Assembly: GCF_988243245.1 (NCBI RefSeq)
Contig: NZ_OZ547152.1
Reading direction: 5' to 3' (one strand)
DNA length: 24,000 nt
The translations under genes were made by a program, and so were the position numbers. The notes beneath the pieces were generated by a model. It had not been told where the DNA came from. It did not search any database and worked only from the letters and a program-made list of their open reading frames with translations. Shown piece after piece: positions 21,282 to 24,000 of the stretch; positions within the stretch are counted from its first letter, which is position 1; each line of letters starts with the position of its first letter.

Positions 21282-22178
21282 TCAGGAAACATTCCCAGCA
21301 GTAAGGTATTTTCCTAACATTGTTAACACGGCTTCTTTCAGCCATACTGGTTCAATAATTTCAACATTCGGTAGCCAGTATAAAATCAACGGGATAATTT
21401 GATTTTTATGTGCAGCCTTGCATGACAGCGTAATGCCATTGTCATGTTTGTGTAGCAATTGCTGGTAAGGAAGTAAATCCCGTCGCAAAAAATAATGGGC
21501 GATATTACTGTGAATGAACAACACTACATCAAATGTTTTGTCGCTCACCCACGGGTCACATGACTCACTTATCAGTGACTGTATTTTCTCACTCTTTGCA
21601 AACTTTTCTTTTTTTATATCCAGCCATTTTATTTTAGCTAATGAAAACGACTTTAACTTGTTCTTTTCAGTAGCCAGCAAATACCATATACTTCTCTGAT
21701 TAGTTAATTTATAAGGATGAACGATTCTGGTCTTACCGGCATATGTAATCTGACAAACATTACTGTTGCGGATCGCTTTTTCAAGAACACCAAGATATTT
21801 CCTTAAATCATCCCTGATGGTGTGCTCAGGGTTATGAAACTGAACACGAATATGCTCTTCGGTTGCCCTGTTTTCTAATTTCTGCCAGAAATTTTCATCC
21901 CTTTCAGGAAAAATCGCATCAGTATCCAGTAACCTGGCCAGAGATTTGTGCAGTGATTCTTTGTTCTGGTTATCTGTTCTTGCTGAAATAAGCCGGTATT
22001 TTCCATCACCACAGGCTTCAATAAAGGGAGAAAGCATGTTCAGATCACGATATGCTGTTCGCTCAGTGATGTTGTATTTTTTCATCAAATTATGGCGACT
22101 GACCACGCCATAATTCTGTAATTCAACAAGGATATCAATCAAACGCTCCGCTGAGCGATTTCTCGTTGAGTCAGCCAT
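21282..22178 (-). CDS. WYL-domain transcriptional regulator with N-terminal winged HTH, 298 aa
   Basis: DeoR-type HTH (RLIDILVELQNYGVVSRHNLMKKYNITERTAYRDLNML), central WYL-like domain (QITYAGKTRIVHPYKLTNQRSIWYLLATEK) and a C-terminal WCX-like region. Confidence 0.88.
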   Translation of the reverse strand: MADSTRNRSAERLIDILVELQNYGVVSRHNLMKKYNITERTAYRDLNMLSPFIEACGDGKYRLISARTDNQNKESLHKSLARLLDTDAIFPERDENFWQKLENRATEEHIRVQFHNPEHTIRDDLRKYLGVLEKAIRNSNVCQITYAGKTRIVHPYKLTNQRSIWYLLATEKNKLKSFSLAKIKWLDIKKEKFAKSEKIQSLISESCDPWVSDKTFDVVLFIHSNIAHYFLRRDLLPYQQLLHKHDNGITLSCKAAHKNQIIPLILYWLPNVEIIEPVWLKEAVLTMLGKYLTAGNVS

Positions 22179-22231
22179 AAATCACTGCACCTGTAGTATT
22201 ACTCTTGTGTAAGTGAATTATATAAATACCC

Positions 22232-22248
22232 CTGACATCATTTGTCAG
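22232..22248. promoter_or_regulatory. Palindromic candidate operator in the WYL gene promoter
   Basis: CTGACA-tcatt-TGTCAG, overlapping a minus-strand -35-like CTGACA with a TTATAT -10-like element 17 bp away; 54-70 nt upstream of the regulator ATG. Confidence 0.5.
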
Positions 22249-22597
22249 TTCCACAAAACTACGCCTTCCGGCAACAGATTTTTATTTGATTATGTTCAAA
22301 CTTTAAACCAGATGTCCGGGGCCTCCTTCGTAATACGGTTTATTATTTCCGGAAGGGCTGATATGGCAAAAAACAACGTATCCCAACAACAGTCCTTTTT
22401 CATTTAACAGACTGACAACCATACTGCGCGCTACCCTGCCCCCTGTAAAAAATCAACGAAAGTAATATTTTTGCTCTATTTATATTTCATTCATCTGAAA
22501 TTATTAGTTGCCAGAGGGAGAATATCATCAGGATATCTGTTATTGATTTGTCATACCTGCACTTTACTGTGCTCCAAAGCGCAGGCAGAAATGGCTG

Positions 22598-23335
22598 TCA
22601 GAAGTTATATGTTGCACCTAACATAAACTCGTTACTTCTGACATCAACAGAGGATTTATATTTAGCACCATCCTCATCTTTATAAGTCAGAGTGGAATCC
22701 CCTGCATCCAGATACCGGTAGCTGAGGTCAAGGCTGAAATCCTGCGTCACATCGTATTTAACACCGGCACCCAGGCTCCATGCCAGGTTGTTTTCGTATT
22801 TTGACGCTGAAGCTGAATAAACTTCACTGCCTGCCGGGCTGTTATCGGTATATATGTACGAAGTTTTATGATGAACCCGTGCATAACCCAGACCAGCAGA
22901 TATCCATGGTGTGAATGCACTGCTGTTTCTGAAATCATAATACGCATTCAGCATCAGCGTGTTTACACTGAGCTTGTTCTGTGCATCATCAAACTCGGCA
23001 CCACCGGCACTTTCCCAATAACTCAGACGATATTTTGATTCAGCGTTACCGCGGCCATAAAACTCCACTTCAGTACGCACCGGCACATTGTAGTGCTGAT
23101 AAAAATCGTATCCCACCGCAAGGCCTGCGCCAAAAACCGTATCACTTTTGTCACTGCCTTTGTATTTATCCGCCCATGCCCCTTCACCATCAACGAAACG
23201 TTGCTCTGAAAGTGACATAACAGAAACACCGGCTTTACCGGTCACATAAAAGCCAGTTTTGTTCTCATCAGCCAGAGTCTGGGCCGAAAACATGCCTGCC
23301 ATTGCAAGTGTTGAAACAGCAATAACCTTTTTCAT
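22598..23335 (-). CDS. Hek/Hra/Tia-family outer-membrane adhesin/invasin (OmpX/Opa-like beta-barrel), 245 aa
   Basis: Signal peptide MKKVIAVSTLAMAGMFSAQTLA, then NKTGFYVTGKAGVSVMSLS..., LMLNAYYDFRNSSAFTPWISAGLGYARVHHKT, LSYRYLDAGDSTLTYKDE and a barrel C-terminus LGATYNF. Start taken at the MKK methionine, with GGAG 8 nt upstream. Confidence 0.88.
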   Translation of the reverse strand: MKKVIAVSTLAMAGMFSAQTLADENKTGFYVTGKAGVSVMSLSEQRFVDGEGAWADKYKGSDKSDTVFGAGLAVGYDFYQHYNVPVRTEVEFYGRGNAESKYRLSYWESAGGAEFDDAQNKLSVNTLMLNAYYDFRNSSAFTPWISAGLGYARVHHKTSYIYTDNSPAGSEVYSASASKYENNLAWSLGAGVKYDVTQDFSLDLSYRYLDAGDSTLTYKDEDGAKYKSSVDVRSNEFMLGATYNF

Positions 23336-23384
23336 TTCAATCATCTCCGTTGGTTCTTACCCCACCCGATAAAGAAGGTTGCTC

Positions 23385-23414
23385 ATTTTAAAACCATGCA
23401 AAAGACAAGGTAAA
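23385..23414 (-). promoter_or_regulatory. Candidate sigma-70 promoter of the Hek/Tia-like gene
   Basis: Minus strand TTTACC (-35, 23414-23409), 18-bp spacer, TAAAAT (-10, 23390-23385). Confidence 0.4.
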
Positions 23415-23695
23415 AAGAGAAAATTCGATCGAATCGATCGACAAAATCGATCATGAATGATGAAGATTTCTTATCGAAGACATGAAAATGATAAGGAATG
23501 GTTTAAGAGGTAATTGCAACGGCATGGAAGTATTGAGACCAGAACAGCACGAGATAAAGCGGCTGAACGTCAGATGAGCTACATGGACGTAACTCAGTGC
23601 AGGCCGCGTATAATCCATAAATGAAGTGGCTGAAAGGTGACTTCCCGGGGCATCCCAGATATCCACAACACTCTATCCGGCTCCGGATAAACCAT

Positions 23696-24000
23696 TTATG
23701 GCAATATCATGAGCAGCGTTGCTGAACCAGATAGTACTCCTGGTTGTATCTTTGAAGATTCACCATAGAGGCGACTGCCGATGGTCAGGTTTTGTGTACC
23801 TGCTTTGTACCATCTCATCGTTGTCTCTCCTGTGTCCACCCCGTTAACTGAAACAATGGAGTCCCAGCCATGCCCCAGACCAACCGAAAATTTCTTACCA
23901 TGGCTGTATGTCGGAGTTGTATTTCTTAACAGCATAAAACGAATATTTGCAGGCACATCGCAAGACACAGAAAGAGTCTGAGCCGCATAATGATTATTAG
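23696..24000 (-). CDS. C-terminal portion of a probable chaperone-usher-type fimbrial subunit/adhesin (5' part beyond window)
   Basis: Frame is open to the window edge: NNHYAAQTLSVSCDVPANIRFMLLRNTTPTYSHGKKFSVGLGHGWDSIVSVNGVDTG...GTQNLTIGSRLYGESSKIQPGVLSGSATLLMILP*. Pilin-like beta-strand pattern with a single early Cys in view and a Gly-rich penultimate strand. Confidence 0.5.
   Translation of the reverse strand, partial: NNHYAAQTLSVSCDVPANIRFMLLRNTTPTYSHGKKFSVGLGHGWDSIVSVNGVDTGETTMRWYKAGTQNLTIGSRLYGESSKIQPGVLSGSATLLMILP

Noticed and set aside
23451-23666. 71-aa minus-strand ORF between the adhesin and the fimbrial fragment
   Set aside because: No convincing RBS or family features; it overlaps the proposed regulatory region.

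Overview
The window has two parts. Bases 1..~14,100 are conserved Escherichia coli-type core chromosome: ybiY 3' end, pflF/ybiW, ybiV, ybiT, ldtB/ybiS, ybiR, mntR, mntS, opgE/ybiP, ompX, rhtA, dps, glnH. ybiU, which I expect between ybiV and ybiT in K-12, is missing. From ~14.1 kb to the right edge is an accessory island. It begins with an intact P4-type tyrosine recombinase directly after glnH, where glnP and glnQ would be expected. Island cargo: a TPR-like protein, the remnant of a membrane phosphoethanolamine-transferase-like gene, a small two-helix membrane ORF, a YkgJ-like cysteine-cluster protein, a 523-aa protein combining an HNH-like motif with a membrane region, a 359-aa glycine/alanine-rich membrane protein, a WYL-domain regulator, a Hek/Hra/Tia-family outer-membrane protein, and the 3' part of a probable fimbrial subunit. 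The best candidate for an undescribed system is the minus-strand cluster WYL regulator -> 359-aa membrane protein -> HNH/membrane protein -> YkgJ-like protein. It has a palindrome at the likely promoter and an ATGA overlap between the last two genes. It resembles a WYL-regulated, membrane-associated nuclease or anti-phage module. That function is inference and was not tested here. Family names were assigned by reading the translations without database searches.
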